This document shows positions 20,373-30,800 of a stretch of 64,000 nucleotides of DNA, piece by piece. Position numbers and translations under genes: made by a program. Below the pieces are notes generated by a model. That model was not told where the DNA came from, ran no database searches, and was given only the letters and a program-made list of their open reading frames with translations. The first letter of the stretch is position 1. Each line of letters opens with the position of its first letter. The DNA is from Oceanicaulis sp. (lineage in GTDB: Bacteria; Pseudomonadota; Alphaproteobacteria; Caulobacterales; Maricaulaceae): assembly GCF_965249665.1 (NCBI RefSeq), contig NZ_OZ252247.1:2339282-2403281 (forward strand). Reading direction: 5' to 3'.

Positions 20373-20544
20373 GCGCCTCTGAAGTCGCTTAATCGGCCAA
20401 GATCGGGGTCGATCTCGTCATACCGGCGCCGATCACTCCGGCGCATCTGCGTGGCGCGAACATAAAAGGCCGGCGCGCGCTGTCAACGCGGCCGACCCTT
20501 TTCTGTGACTAAATCGCCCTAGTGTGGTGTTTTAGGGACGCGAT

Positions 20545-21819
20545 TTAGTGCTCATAGGCGTAGGCGTGATCATCCGCCACCTGGGCGTAGCGGTCCCGCA
20601 GACGTGTCTGACGGGTCTCAAGGCTTTGAGTTTCGCCGTTGATGATCACATGAGTCGGCGCGCTCATGACCTCGAGCGGATCACCATCCCAGACCACGAC
20701 ATCCGCCACATATCCCGTCGCCAGCGCGCCATACTGGTCGCCGACGCCGTAGATTTCAGCCGGTGTCAGGGTGATCGCCCGGAAAGCGTCAGCCCAGTCC
20801 GCCCCGTGCGCGACAGCGATGCCGGCGTGTTGGGCCAGGAGGCGCGGGTTGAAGTACAGATCCGACCCCACCGTGGTATAGGCCAGCTGGACGCCCGCGG
20901 CATGCATGATCGCCGCGCCTTCATTGGTGGAGGCGAGGGTGTCAAAGCTGTCGGGCAGGTTGCGCATGGGGTCATAGATGACCGGAATGTCCGCCGCCGC
21001 CAGCTCATCGGCCACCAGATGCGCTTCCGCGCCGCCGGCGATGATGATGTTGAAGGCGGGGTATTGGGCGGCGAAGGTGATCGCGCGGCGGATATCCGCC
21101 GCCCGGTCCATGATCATCACCAGCGGGATCTCCCCCCGCACAGCGCTCACCAGGGCGGCCGCGTCATAGCGGTCAATGGCGTCGCCCTCATGGTGCGACA
21201 TGTAACGTCCCGGGTAGAACCGGGCGTCTTCGATGGCGGCGCGCAGAAAGGCCCAGGCCGCCGTGCGTGATCCGCCAGCCGTGCGAGCGCCCGACTGGGA
21301 CATGTCCACCAGCATGAACCGGCGCGTGGCGAACAGGCTGTCCGGCTCGCCGCTGGCGTCCGCCAGCGCCCCGCGACCGGCCAGGATGGCCGAACCGGTG
21401 TTGGGGTGAACCGCAAACCGGGTCAAACCTTCGATACGGGCGGAATCAATATGCGTGCCGGACGGGTTGAAGCCGTCCGCCACATCGATCGCTGCGGTGA
21501 AGCTCGACTCGTCCGCCGCATCGTCATGGGTGGAGGGCTCGGCGCCCACCTCGATCAGTCCCAGCTGGGTGTGCGGGTGGAACAGGCCCGGCGTGATCCA
21601 GCCGCCCTGGGCGTCGATGACGGTCACGGACTCATCTTGAAATTCGCCGGACTCGCCGACGGATACGATGACGCCGTCACGAACGACCACTGCGCCGTTC
21701 TCAATCACGCCTAGGCTGGTATTGGTCACCACGCGGCCATTGTGGATCAGTGTCGTTTGTGCGCTGGCGGGGGCCATGACGGCGGCGGCCAGCATTAAGG
21801 ATGTCAGGAGCTTTTTCAT
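20545..21819 (-). CDS. Secreted amidohydrolase-family metallohydrolase
   Basis: 424 aa with a signal peptide MKKLLTSLMLAAAVMAPASA and the amidohydrolase fold pattern. The ATG overlaps the upstream TAA (TAATG). Confidence 0.8.
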   Translation of the reverse strand: MKKLLTSLMLAAAVMAPASAQTTLIHNGRVVTNTSLGVIENGAVVVRDGVIVSVGESGEFQDESVTVIDAQGGWITPGLFHPHTQLGLIEVGAEPSTHDDAADESSFTAAIDVADGFNPSGTHIDSARIEGLTRFAVHPNTGSAILAGRGALADASGEPDSLFATRRFMLVDMSQSGARTAGGSRTAAWAFLRAAIEDARFYPGRYMSHHEGDAIDRYDAAALVSAVRGEIPLVMIMDRAADIRRAITFAAQYPAFNIIIAGGAEAHLVADELAAADIPVIYDPMRNLPDSFDTLASTNEGAAIMHAAGVQLAYTTVGSDLYFNPRLLAQHAGIAVAHGADWADAFRAITLTPAEIYGVGDQYGALATGYVADVVVWDGDPLEVMSAPTHVIINGETQSLETRQTRLRDRYAQVADDHAYAYEH

Positions 21820-23246
21820 TAGTAGTCTCCTTCACCGGGCTGACCCAGCATGAAGTCGCGAATGGTGCGACGTTCGGGATCAGCGCGGTCGTACATGAGG
21901 GCGCCGTCAATATAGACAGTGTCCGCCAGCGCGTAGCTGGAGAAGGGATGACCTGACCACAGCACGATATCGGCGCGTTTGCCTTCCTCGATGGATCCGG
22001 TCTCTTCAAAAATACCAAGCGCACGGGCCGGCGCCGAAGTGAACCAGCTCACCGCCTCCGCGTCTGTGATGTCCAGGCCCATCCGGCGACCATCAGAGAG
22101 CGCCTTGGCGACTTCGTGATTGAGACGCTGTATCCCCAGATCACTGTCGGAGTGGATCATGGCGCACGCGCCGCCGGCATGGGTGAGCGGCAGGTTCTCG
22201 CGTATGGAGTCATAGGCTTCCATTTTGAAGCCGCCCCAGTCCGCCCAGACCGCCGCACAGGTGTTGTGCTCGGCCAGGATGTCAGGAATTTTGTAGGCCT
22301 CGACGGCGTGGTGGAAGGTTGTGACCTGATAGCCGAACTCGTCGGCCATATCGAGGATCTGCACCATTTCGTCCGCGCGATAGCAGTGCATCTGCACCAG
22401 GATCTCGCCGTCCAGCACGCCCATCAGGGTGTCCAGCTCGAGATTGCGGGTGGGCGGATTGGCGTCTTCACCGTTTTCAGCTGCGTCCCAATAGGCGTTC
22501 CAGGACCGGCGATACTCCGTCGCGCGCTGCCAGGCCTCACGATAGCCCGCCACATTGCCCATGCGTGAGCCCGGCGCCTGGCCGCGATTGCCGTAAACGC
22601 GCTTGGGGTTTTCGCCACACGCCATTTTGAGCGTGTAGGGCGCATCGGGGAATTTCATGCCTTGCGCCGAGCGAGACGGCACATTGCGCAGGGTGACGCC
22701 GCGTCCGCCAAAGAGGTTTGCGGACCCCGGAAGGATATGCAGCGTCGTCACGCCTGCCGCTAGGGCCGTATCAAAACCGGGATCTTGCGGCCAGATGGCG
22801 TGCTCGGCCCAAACTTCAGCCGTGACCGGGCTCGTAACTTCATTGCCGTCTGAATGCGCATTCACAGACGGCGAAGGGTACACGCCCAGATGCGAGTGAA
22901 TATCGACCACGCCGGGCGTGATAAAGCGGCCCTGTGCGTCGATCACACTCGCGCCGTCAGGCGCTTGCAGTCCCTGGCCGATTGCGGCGATGCGACCGTT
23001 CTCGATCAGGATGTCGGTATTATCCAGCTCCCCGCCGACGCCGTCAAACACGGTTGCGCCTGTGATCAGGGTGACGCCGGACGGAATGGGTTCATAGGTG
23101 CTGGGATATGGGTTGGCGTCAAAGCGGACGACGTCGACATCGCCGCTGGATCCTGAACCGGATCCGGTTTCAGACGAGCACGCGGCGAGGCCGAAAGCGG
23201 ACAAAGCCGCAATCGACGCGCCTAGCGCTTTGAGTGTTCTGTGCAC
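21819..23246 (-). CDS. Amidohydrolase-family metallohydrolase, lipoprotein-type signal
   Basis: 475 aa with lipobox LAAC and the HxH metal motif (VDIHSHLG). Confidence 0.85.
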   Translation of the reverse strand: MHRTLKALGASIAALSAFGLAACSSETGSGSGSSGDVDVVRFDANPYPSTYEPIPSGVTLITGATVFDGVGGELDNTDILIENGRIAAIGQGLQAPDGASVIDAQGRFITPGVVDIHSHLGVYPSPSVNAHSDGNEVTSPVTAEVWAEHAIWPQDPGFDTALAAGVTTLHILPGSANLFGGRGVTLRNVPSRSAQGMKFPDAPYTLKMACGENPKRVYGNRGQAPGSRMGNVAGYREAWQRATEYRRSWNAYWDAAENGEDANPPTRNLELDTLMGVLDGEILVQMHCYRADEMVQILDMADEFGYQVTTFHHAVEAYKIPDILAEHNTCAAVWADWGGFKMEAYDSIRENLPLTHAGGACAMIHSDSDLGIQRLNHEVAKALSDGRRMGLDITDAEAVSWFTSAPARALGIFEETGSIEEGKRADIVLWSGHPFSSYALADTVYIDGALMYDRADPERRTIRDFMLGQPGEGDY

Positions 23247-23454
23247 AGAAGTCTCCCCTTATTGTCGCGTCATTGGCGAGACGCGGATCGCGTAGGGGCG
23301 CAGACTGGCTCAATTCCACGGGCTGAGGGAAGAGGTTACTTGATAACGTCAGCTGGGGGCGGAAGCGCGTTTTCCTTGTAAAAGCGCCAGTTTGGTCCTG
23401 TCTTCGCCTTGATGCCTCCGTACCCGGGATGCAAGTGAGGAGGAGAGTAGAGAC

Positions 23455-24291
23455 ATGAACGCACTCGTATGCCGTCTGGGCGTGCTTATCGCGCTTGGAT
23501 TCAGCGGTTCTGCGCTGGCGCAGTCTGAAGTCGAACTTGATCGTGCGCCACATGCTGAAGAGATTGGCGACCGGCAGGTCAGCTTCATGGCGCGCGATCT
23601 GGAGACCGGCACGGATTATGTGCTGGAGGCAAGCGCGGTTGATGAGCGCCGCACGCCCTGGTCGACCTTCAAAATTCCCAATTTGATCATCGCGCTCGAG
23701 AGCGGCGTGGCGGAGAGCCTGGAGATGGACCTGGTGTGGGATCCCACACGTCGTCCTGCCTCCGACTTTTGGCCGCAAGACTGGCGGCGGGATCAAACCG
23801 TGCGAACCGCGTTTGAGCGCTCCGCCGCCTGGGCCTTTCGCGACCTGGCGGTCGAGATCGGAACACAGACCTATCGTGAGACGCTATCGGACTGGGCGTA
23901 TGGCGATGCTGATGTCGCGGACGGCTCGGACCTGTTCTGGCTCGATCACACGCTTGAGGTTTCGCCAGCCGAACAGGTCAGCTTTCTCGACCGTCTCCTG
24001 AGCCGCGAGCTGGACGTCAGCGAAACCAGCCTTGAAGCGTTGGAAGAGGTCTCATTCGCCGGTGACCGTGCGGACGGCGCGCTGCACGGCAAGACCGGTT
24101 CCGGACCTGTTGACCTGGGCAATATGCAGGGCCGGTTCGAGGGTTGGTATGTGGGCTATCTGGTCCGACAGGACCGCGCCCCCATCGTCTTTGCGCTGCA
24201 TGCAGAAGCACTCAGTTACGGCGGCATTCGCACCTTCAGGCGCGAGATGGCGGAACGTCTGCTCAGCGATGTGACGGCACAAATTGACTGA
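23455..24291 (+). CDS. Class D (OXA-like) beta-lactamase / penicillin-binding transpeptidase-fold protein
   Basis: 278 aa with a signal peptide. Motifs present: S-T-F-K (PWSTFKIPNLIIALESG), YGD (for YGN), FWLDHTLEVSPAEQVSFL, KTG (HGKTGSG) and GWYVGY. The SxV box reads SAA. Confidence 0.8.
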   Translation: MNALVCRLGVLIALGFSGSALAQSEVELDRAPHAEEIGDRQVSFMARDLETGTDYVLEASAVDERRTPWSTFKIPNLIIALESGVAESLEMDLVWDPTRRPASDFWPQDWRRDQTVRTAFERSAAWAFRDLAVEIGTQTYRETLSDWAYGDADVADGSDLFWLDHTLEVSPAEQVSFLDRLLSRELDVSETSLEALEEVSFAGDRADGALHGKTGSGPVDLGNMQGRFEGWYVGYLVRQDRAPIVFALHAEALSYGGIRTFRREMAERLLSDVTAQID

Positions 24292-24314
24292 TTAGAACGT
24301 GTGGACGTCTGTGC

Positions 24315-26477
24315 TCAGACGTCCACGTCTTCCACAAAGGGGGCATTGTCCTGAATGAACTGAAAGCGCAGCTCTGGCTTCTTGCCCATCAGGGTTTCCA
24401 CCAGCGCGTCTGCGCTTTCGCGCATTTCTGGCGTCACCACCACACGAGCCAGTGAACGGCTTTCGGGAAGCATGGTGGTGGATTTGAGCTGAGGCGGGGT
24501 CATCTCGCCCAGACCTTTAAACCGGCCCACCTCGACCTTGCCCTTCTTGAAGGCGGTCTCCAGCAGGTGATCCTTTTCTGCGTCATCCTGAGCGTAGAGT
24601 GTCTTGCCGCCCTGGGTCAGGCGATAGAGCGGCGGCTGCGCCATGAACAGGCGACCAGATTCAATGAGCCCGGGAAGGAATTTGTAAAAGAAGGTCGCGA
24701 GCAAGGCCGCGATATGGGCGCCGTCCACATCGGCGTCACACATGATGATCACGCGCTCATAGCGCAGATCCTCAAGATCAAACTTCTTGCCGGGCTGTAC
24801 GCCCAGGGCCAATAGCAGGTCAGAGATTTCCTGGTTTGCTGCGATCTTGTCGGCGGTGGCGGAAGCGACGTTCAGGATCTTGCCGCGCAGGGGCAGGATG
24901 GCCTGGGTCTTCCGGTCGCGCGCCTGCTTGGCCGATCCGCCTGCAGAATCGCCCTCCACCAGGAAGAGCTCGGCGCCGTCTGCTGAGTTTTGCGAACAGT
25001 CGGCCAGTTTGCCCGGCAGGCGCAGTTTGCGCGTCGCAGACTGGCGTTTGACTTCTTTTTCGCGCTTGCGCTTGAGACGATCCTCGGCGCGCTCCACCGC
25101 CCATTCCACCAGACGGGCCGCGTCTTTGGGACGACCGGCGAGCCAGTGATCAAACTGGTCGCGTATGGCCTGTTCCACAAGGCGCCCGGCCTCGGCGGTC
25201 GAAAGACGGTCCTTGGTCTGGCCCTGAAATTCAGGGTCCTTGATAAAGACCGACACCAGAATGCCCGCGCCGCCCATGACGTCGTCGGCGGTGATCTGGG
25301 CGGCTTTTTTCACATTGGCCAGCTCGCCATAGGCACGCAGCCCTTTGGATAGCGCCGCGCGCAGACCTTGTTCATGGGTTCCGCCCATGGGTGTGGGAAC
25401 GGTGTTGCAATAGCTCTGGCAAAAGCTGTCATCGGGGCCGAAGCCGTTTTCGGAAAAGGCGACCGCCCATTCCACGGCGCCCATGCGGCCGTCTCGCTCC
25501 ACGCGTCCTGAGAACTGCTCGGTGACGAGCGCGGAAGTCGGCGTCAGCTCGGTCAGCCGGTCGGCGAGGCCGCCCGGGAAGGCGAGGGTGGTCTCGGCTG
25601 GAATTTCGGTGCCTTCGACCAGAGTTTCGGGACATTTCCAGCGAATCTGAACGCCGCGGCGCAAGAAGGCCTTGGCGCGCGCCATGTTGAAAATGCGCGG
25701 CGCTTTCAAGACGGCGCGCGGCCCGAATATCTCGGCATCGGGTTTGAACCGGACTGTGGTGCCACGGCGATTGGGGGCGGCGCCGACTCTTTCCACCGGG
25801 CCTTGCGGTAAGCCACGCACGTAAATCTGACGCCATAGCGTCTTGTCGCGCGCGACTTCCACCTCGACCCGTTCAGACAACGCGTTGACCACAGAAATGC
25901 CGACGCCATGCAGGCCGCCGGCGGTCTGGTACGCCTTGTCAGAGAACTTGCCGCCCGCGTGGAGCGTGGTCATCACCACTTCGAGCGCGGATTTGTCGGG
26001 AAATTTCGGGTGCGGATCGACCGGAATGCCGCGGCCATTATCGCTGACCGAGACAAAGCCGTCTTCGTCCATGATGACTTCGATACGGTCGGCATGACCC
26101 GCCACCGCTTCGTCCATGGAGTTGTCGAGTATTTCTGCGAACAGATGGTGCAGCGCGCGCTCATCCGTGCCGCCGATATACATGCCTGGGCGTTTGCGGA
26201 CCGGCTCCAGCCCTTCCAGCACTTCGATGGAGGAGGCGTCATACCCCTTGTTCTCAGCGGACGCTGCAGGCGGCGGGCTGGCGGGTTTGGGAGCGGGCTT
26301 TAACGCCGGCTTCTGTGCTGCCGCTACAGGCTCTTGCGAAGGCGCACTGGGCGGCTCTGAAGGCTGTTGTGACTTGGGCGCAGGCGCAGGCGCCGTCTCG
26401 CGCGGGGCGGACGGCGTCGCGGGCCCTTTGGGCGCCGACGGAGCGGAAAACAGATCGTCTTGCGAATCATCAGCCAT
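24315..26477 (-). CDS. parE: DNA topoisomerase IV subunit B with a Pro/Ala-rich N-terminal extension
   Basis: GHKL ATPase, TOPRIM (EGDSAGG) and the C-terminal ParE tail are present. Start set at MADDSQ (ATG 26477), because the longer track ORF would overlap the divergent ACT gene. Confidence 0.9.
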   Translation of the reverse strand: MADDSQDDLFSAPSAPKGPATPSAPRETAPAPAPKSQQPSEPPSAPSQEPVAAAQKPALKPAPKPASPPPAASAENKGYDASSIEVLEGLEPVRKRPGMYIGGTDERALHHLFAEILDNSMDEAVAGHADRIEVIMDEDGFVSVSDNGRGIPVDPHPKFPDKSALEVVMTTLHAGGKFSDKAYQTAGGLHGVGISVVNALSERVEVEVARDKTLWRQIYVRGLPQGPVERVGAAPNRRGTTVRFKPDAEIFGPRAVLKAPRIFNMARAKAFLRRGVQIRWKCPETLVEGTEIPAETTLAFPGGLADRLTELTPTSALVTEQFSGRVERDGRMGAVEWAVAFSENGFGPDDSFCQSYCNTVPTPMGGTHEQGLRAALSKGLRAYGELANVKKAAQITADDVMGGAGILVSVFIKDPEFQGQTKDRLSTAEAGRLVEQAIRDQFDHWLAGRPKDAARLVEWAVERAEDRLKRKREKEVKRQSATRKLRLPGKLADCSQNSADGAELFLVEGDSAGGSAKQARDRKTQAILPLRGKILNVASATADKIAANQEISDLLLALGVQPGKKFDLEDLRYERVIIMCDADVDGAHIAALLATFFYKFLPGLIESGRLFMAQPPLYRLTQGGKTLYAQDDAEKDHLLETAFKKGKVEVGRFKGLGEMTPPQLKSTTMLPESRSLARVVVTPEMRESADALVETLMGKKPELRFQFIQDNAPFVEDVDV

Positions 26478-26559
26478 CACAGCGTAATCTGCCCTAGCGT
26501 CGGCCCATCGTGTAGTGGGGGACGCAGCCCGGGCCGCATTGCCATGTGGAAAGTCGATC

Positions 26560-26964
26560 ATGACGCCTATCACCGATCTGGACGTGTTATTGCGCCAATT
26601 GAGCCCAAGGCTTGATCCTGAGCGCTACGCCTATGCCGCACTGCCAAGCTCGCAGCCGCTAGGCGCGTTAACGCCCATCGCGATCTTTGAAGAGTCGGAG
26701 GGGCGTTCGGTGATTGCGCCGCTCACGCGGCTCAAAGACCAAGGGATCGAACCTGTCTTCATCTGCCGCCGCATCACCCTGGACGTAAACTCGGCGCTGC
26801 AGGCCGTGGGATTGACGGCGGCGGTCAGTCAGGCGCTGGCTGAGGCAGGGGTGAGCGCGAACATCGTCGCTGCGCTACACCATGACCATGTGTTTGTGCC
26901 AGAGGAGCGAGCGGACGACGCACTGTGTGTGCTCAAGAAGCTTTCAGACCGGGGCAGGGCCTAG
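26560..26964 (+). CDS. ACT-domain-containing protein (DUF2241-like)
   Basis: Start preferred at MTPITDLDVLL. The roughly 134 aa pattern is typical of small ACT_7 proteins. Confidence 0.65.
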   Translation: MTPITDLDVLLRQLSPRLDPERYAYAALPSSQPLGALTPIAIFEESEGRSVIAPLTRLKDQGIEPVFICRRITLDVNSALQAVGLTAAVSQALAEAGVSANIVAALHHDHVFVPEERADDALCVLKKLSDRGRA

Positions 26965-27569
26965 AAGAACGGGATCAGCCTGCGCCCAAGCCGTCGTTCG
27001 CAACGGCTGATCTGTCGATCATAGCGCGCCGCATCGGTCTGGACGGTGCGCGCGGCGCGCAACAGCCAGTCCTTGCTGCGATAGGTGCGCCGGTTATACC
27101 CGCCATGCCCCTCATGATAGGCGAGATAAAGCGAATACGGGTCATCGAGAGAAATCCCCGACAGGCGTTGGGATTTGTTGGCGTACCAGCCGATGAAATC
27201 CACCGCATCGCCAAAATCGTTCCGGTCCGCGCCGCGCCGTCCCGTGTCTTCGCGATACCAGTCCCAGGTGCCGTCCAGAGCCTGAGCGTAGCCAAAAGCC
27301 GAAGAGGGGCGCGCGCCGGGAATGACCCCCAGCAGACGCCGCCGCGCCGGGCGCGCGTTGCGGTTGAAACTTGATTCTTTTTTCAAAAAAGCGAGCTGGG
27401 TTCCAGGCGAAACACCCCAGCGGCGCTCGGTGCGCTGCAGGTCGCGCCACCAGCTGCGATTGTCTTCCAGGATCAGGCAGGCGTCATGGACCTGGTCAGG
27501 CGGCCCGGAGGCGCAACCCGACAGCAGTACAAGGCCCAGAACGCCGATGATGAGTGACCTGATGACCAT
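26961..27569 (-). CDS. Lipoprotein with lytic-transglycosylase (SLT-like) motif
   Basis: Start preferred at MVIRSLIIGVLGLVLLSGC (lipobox). Contains the catalytic-type KKESSF and a downstream GYAQ motif. The stop overlaps the convergent ACT gene stop by 4 nt. Confidence 0.7.
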   Translation of the reverse strand: MVIRSLIIGVLGLVLLSGCASGPPDQVHDACLILEDNRSWWRDLQRTERRWGVSPGTQLAFLKKESSFNRNARPARRRLLGVIPGARPSSAFGYAQALDGTWDWYREDTGRRGADRNDFGDAVDFIGWYANKSQRLSGISLDDPYSLYLAYHEGHGGYNRRTYRSKDWLLRAARTVQTDAARYDRQISRCERRLGRRLIPFF

Positions 27570-27610
27570 GAGTACAGTCTCGCCGGACACGGTTAACCGG
27601 CGATGAAACA

Positions 27611-27736
27611 CGCCCGCAGCTTCAGCGAGGATCACCTGAGCGAAGTGATGGTCCCATGAGGCCCGAACCGACCCGGTTCGCAAGGCCAAAGGCCGCCCGC
27701 AGCTTCAGTGAGGATCAGCTGAGCGAAGCGATGGTC
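27611..27736. repeat. Two 43 bp direct repeats (40/43 identical), 83 bp period, with a 7 bp hairpin between them
   Basis: 27611-27653 reads cgcccgcagcttcagcgaggatcacctgagcgaagtgatggtc. 27694-27736 reads cgcccgcagcttcagtgaggatcagctgagcgaagcgatggtc. The hairpin cgaaccg-acc-cggttcg lies at 27664-27680. Confidence 0.8.
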
Positions 27737-27738
27737 AT

Positions 27739-27777
27739 AAAAAAGGGTCGGCGCGCCTGCGTCGCACGCGCCGACCC
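27739..27777 (-). terminator. Intrinsic terminator of the autotransporter gene
   Basis: On the minus strand: gggtcggcgcg-11 nt loop-cgcgccgaccc followed by tttttt. Confidence 0.75.
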
Positions 27778-27875
27778 GTGTCTTCGCCGTCAATGCATGG
27801 GGTCAGGACAGGAAGACCAATCAAGCTCTACCAGATTCCCCTGTGACGTGCAAACGGCCTATGTGTGGTTGTTGC

Positions 27876-30800
27876 CTAGAAGGTCAGGCGAATGACCAGC
27901 CGGGCCACATGGCGAACAAAATCGTCCCGAATATCGGCGTCGTAGGCAAAGGTGAACGTCGAGTAGTTGGACCCGGCGCTTAATCCGAAGCCGACAAGTG
28001 CGCCGGAATTGGAGAGCTGTTGGGAGCGCAGGGTGAAGGGATTGCCGTCCTGGCCGAACTGCGCAGTGGTCTCACCGCCCGAGCTTGAGAATTCACCGCG
28101 ATAACCGACGCGGATTGACGGCGCCCACCAGGACATGTCGGTTCCGAAGTGGCGCGCCAGCGATACCGTACCCGATCCCAAGAGGATCGAGGAATCGCGG
28201 TCATCCACAGTCAGCGCAAGGTCGCTGACCGCATCCGCATTGCTGCCAGAGGTAGCCTCGGTATAGCCGCTTTCAAACAAGGACAGATAAGTCACGGACG
28301 CTTCAGGACGCAGCACCCACGCGCCAAAGGCGAAATCGCGACCGGCCTGCACGCTTGCGGTGGCGTGCCAGCCGCTCCAGTCGGCGCTGGTCAGAGCGCT
28401 GAAATCACCAATTCGGATTTCACGGTCGATTTCAAAGTAATCATAACCGATGCCGATATTGCCCGAGACATCAAACCCGCCAAGATCCATCGCGGCATAG
28501 CCGCCGATCTGACCGGTCAGAGACACCATGGGCTGATCAAAGCCGTGTGTTTCTTCGATCTCGCTGGCGGCGCCCACAAGTTGAACGCCGACGGCGTAGA
28601 ACGGACCCACTGGACGATCCAGGCCGACGGCGAGGCCGACGCCCTGACCGCGATAGCCGGGGCCGAGAGCGGAGCCGGAGCGGTCAGCATAATAACCAAA
28701 CTCTTGAATCCAGACGCCTGCCAGATTGTCGGGCGCAAGACGTGCATTGCTCAAGCGGCCCTGAAGCGCGCCGGCCGCCGCATCATTTGAGGCGAGGGCG
28801 AACTGGATGGCGCTGGCGGCGTATTCAGGCAGCAGCTGATCGTACGCGCCATAGAACTGCTCAGCGCTACGCAGGCTCGCAAAGGCTGCGCCCAGGCTTT
28901 CAATGGTTTCGAAAGCGGCGAGGGCTTCGTCATAGGCCGCCGCCTGGTTGGCGTGCATGCCCAGTTCATCGGCGGTCTTGAGCGCAAGCGTCAGAACGAT
29001 CTTGTTCTGGTCTGTGCTGGAACGCTCCAGCGACGCGTTGTAGAGGAAGGGAGACCCTGAGGTGGTCAGCGTGCCAGCTTCATCCGCCAGCGTCAGATCG
29101 CCTGCGGAGACGATCTCGAACACGCCGCCTTCGCCGATCATGTTATCAAGTCCGACAGACAGCGAAGAGCCTTCTTCAAAAGTGACCGAGCCGGACGCGT
29201 TCAGAAAGGCGTTGGAACGGTCAGCAGTGTCGATGGTGACTTCCAAGACGCCGCCATTGCGGAAAATCGCGTCGCGCAATGCTAGCGCATCCGTGCCCGT
29301 CAGGCCGATCTGGCCATTGGTGACGTCCACAACCAGATCACCGTCCGCATCGGTCAAAGCGCCGTTCAGCGTGGAGTTGTCGATGATCAGGACATCAGCG
29401 CCCAGACCGAAGGAAATGTCGCCGTTTACTGCGCCGGCCATGAGTTCGACACGGTCGTCGCCATCGCCCAGCAAAATGTCGCCATTGATGGCAGGCGCGG
29501 CCAACGCTTCCCCGTCATCATCAAAGCCTTGCTCCTGGATGATGCTGAGCCCGCCATGATTATTGCGCGCGTCAATGGCGATGAGGTCAATGTCGTCTGT
29601 GGAAAATGCGTCGTCGATATTGCTGACGAATGTCGAGATATTGCCCGTATTGCGAATTTCTTCAAGACTATCGTCGTTTGAGCGGATGGCAGTAGCGCTC
29701 AAGCCTCCGCCGGTCAGTGAAGCCGAAATGACGCCGGTCTCATTAAGAATTTTGCGGATTTGCGAGTTCTCATCGAGATCAATAGCGATGGCTTCAGCCG
29801 TGCCATACGCATCGTCGGCGAAGCCGTCTTCGGCATGTCCCAAACCAGACACAGCCTGTATCGAGCCGGTATTGTTCAACGTCTCTGCCTGGGCGCCTTC
29901 GCCAAAGCGCATTGCGACGGCGCGCCCGTCAAAAGTGGTGGCCGTGACCCGGCCCACATTTGACAGCCCCCCCGCGCCCAAGATCACGGAACGCAGGACG
30001 CCATTATCGTTGCGACCAACAACGAGGAACGCTGTGACGTCTTTGCCGTCGAATACGCCGCCACTGTTGATTGAACCCTCATTGACCACGCCATAGCCTA
30101 GCGCGTCGCGATCGTCGTCATCATCGATCCGATCGCTGGTGAAATCGTCGGGCAAGGTGACTTCGCCAATGACAAGATCGCCGGCGCCCGTGTCATCGGG
30201 TCGGATTTCCAGTGCTGCACCGCCCCCCGTGAACGCTTGGATGCTCCCGCCGGAGGATACAAAGACGCCATCAGTTACGGACCCTGCAATCAGAAACGCG
30301 GAGCCGGAATCAAGATTGTCCGCGACATCTCCGCGTTCAGCAGCTTCCGCCTCGCTTTCAAACAAGGCCATGAGCGTTTCATTGTAACGGGTTGAGGTGC
30401 GGTAGCCTGAGGCTTGAATAGTCCCGGTCGCACGGATGCCGCCGCCGACATCTCCTTCAATGGCGACACCTTCTCCGCCTGGAGACACAGATGTGACGAT
30501 GCTTATTTCTACGTCACCGCTGACATCTCCTTCCAAAGAGACGCCGCGACTGTCTTCGCCAGTGACGCTGATTGTGCCTTGAGAGAGAAAATCGCCGTTA
30601 ATATCAGTGACCGCTCTCACGCCGAAACTGTTCTGGCCCTGCACAATAACAGAACCCGTGCCGGTGATGTTCACAGTCCCGGTGACGGCGGCCTGATTGT
30701 CAAGCGGATTGAAATCGGCGTCGACAGCCCCGATCAGAATGCCGGTCTTGTTCTGGTCCTGAGCGAAGGGACCGTCAGCTTCTTGATCCGGATCATCTTC

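Noticed and set aside
27656-27895. 79 aa ORF (and the 18-codon mini-ORF 27603..27659) spanning the 43 bp repeats
   Set aside because: The long ORF reads through the autotransporter's intrinsic terminator and overlaps its 3' end. It has no SD. I kept only the repeat observation; the mini-ORF is mentioned there as a possibility, not called as a gene.
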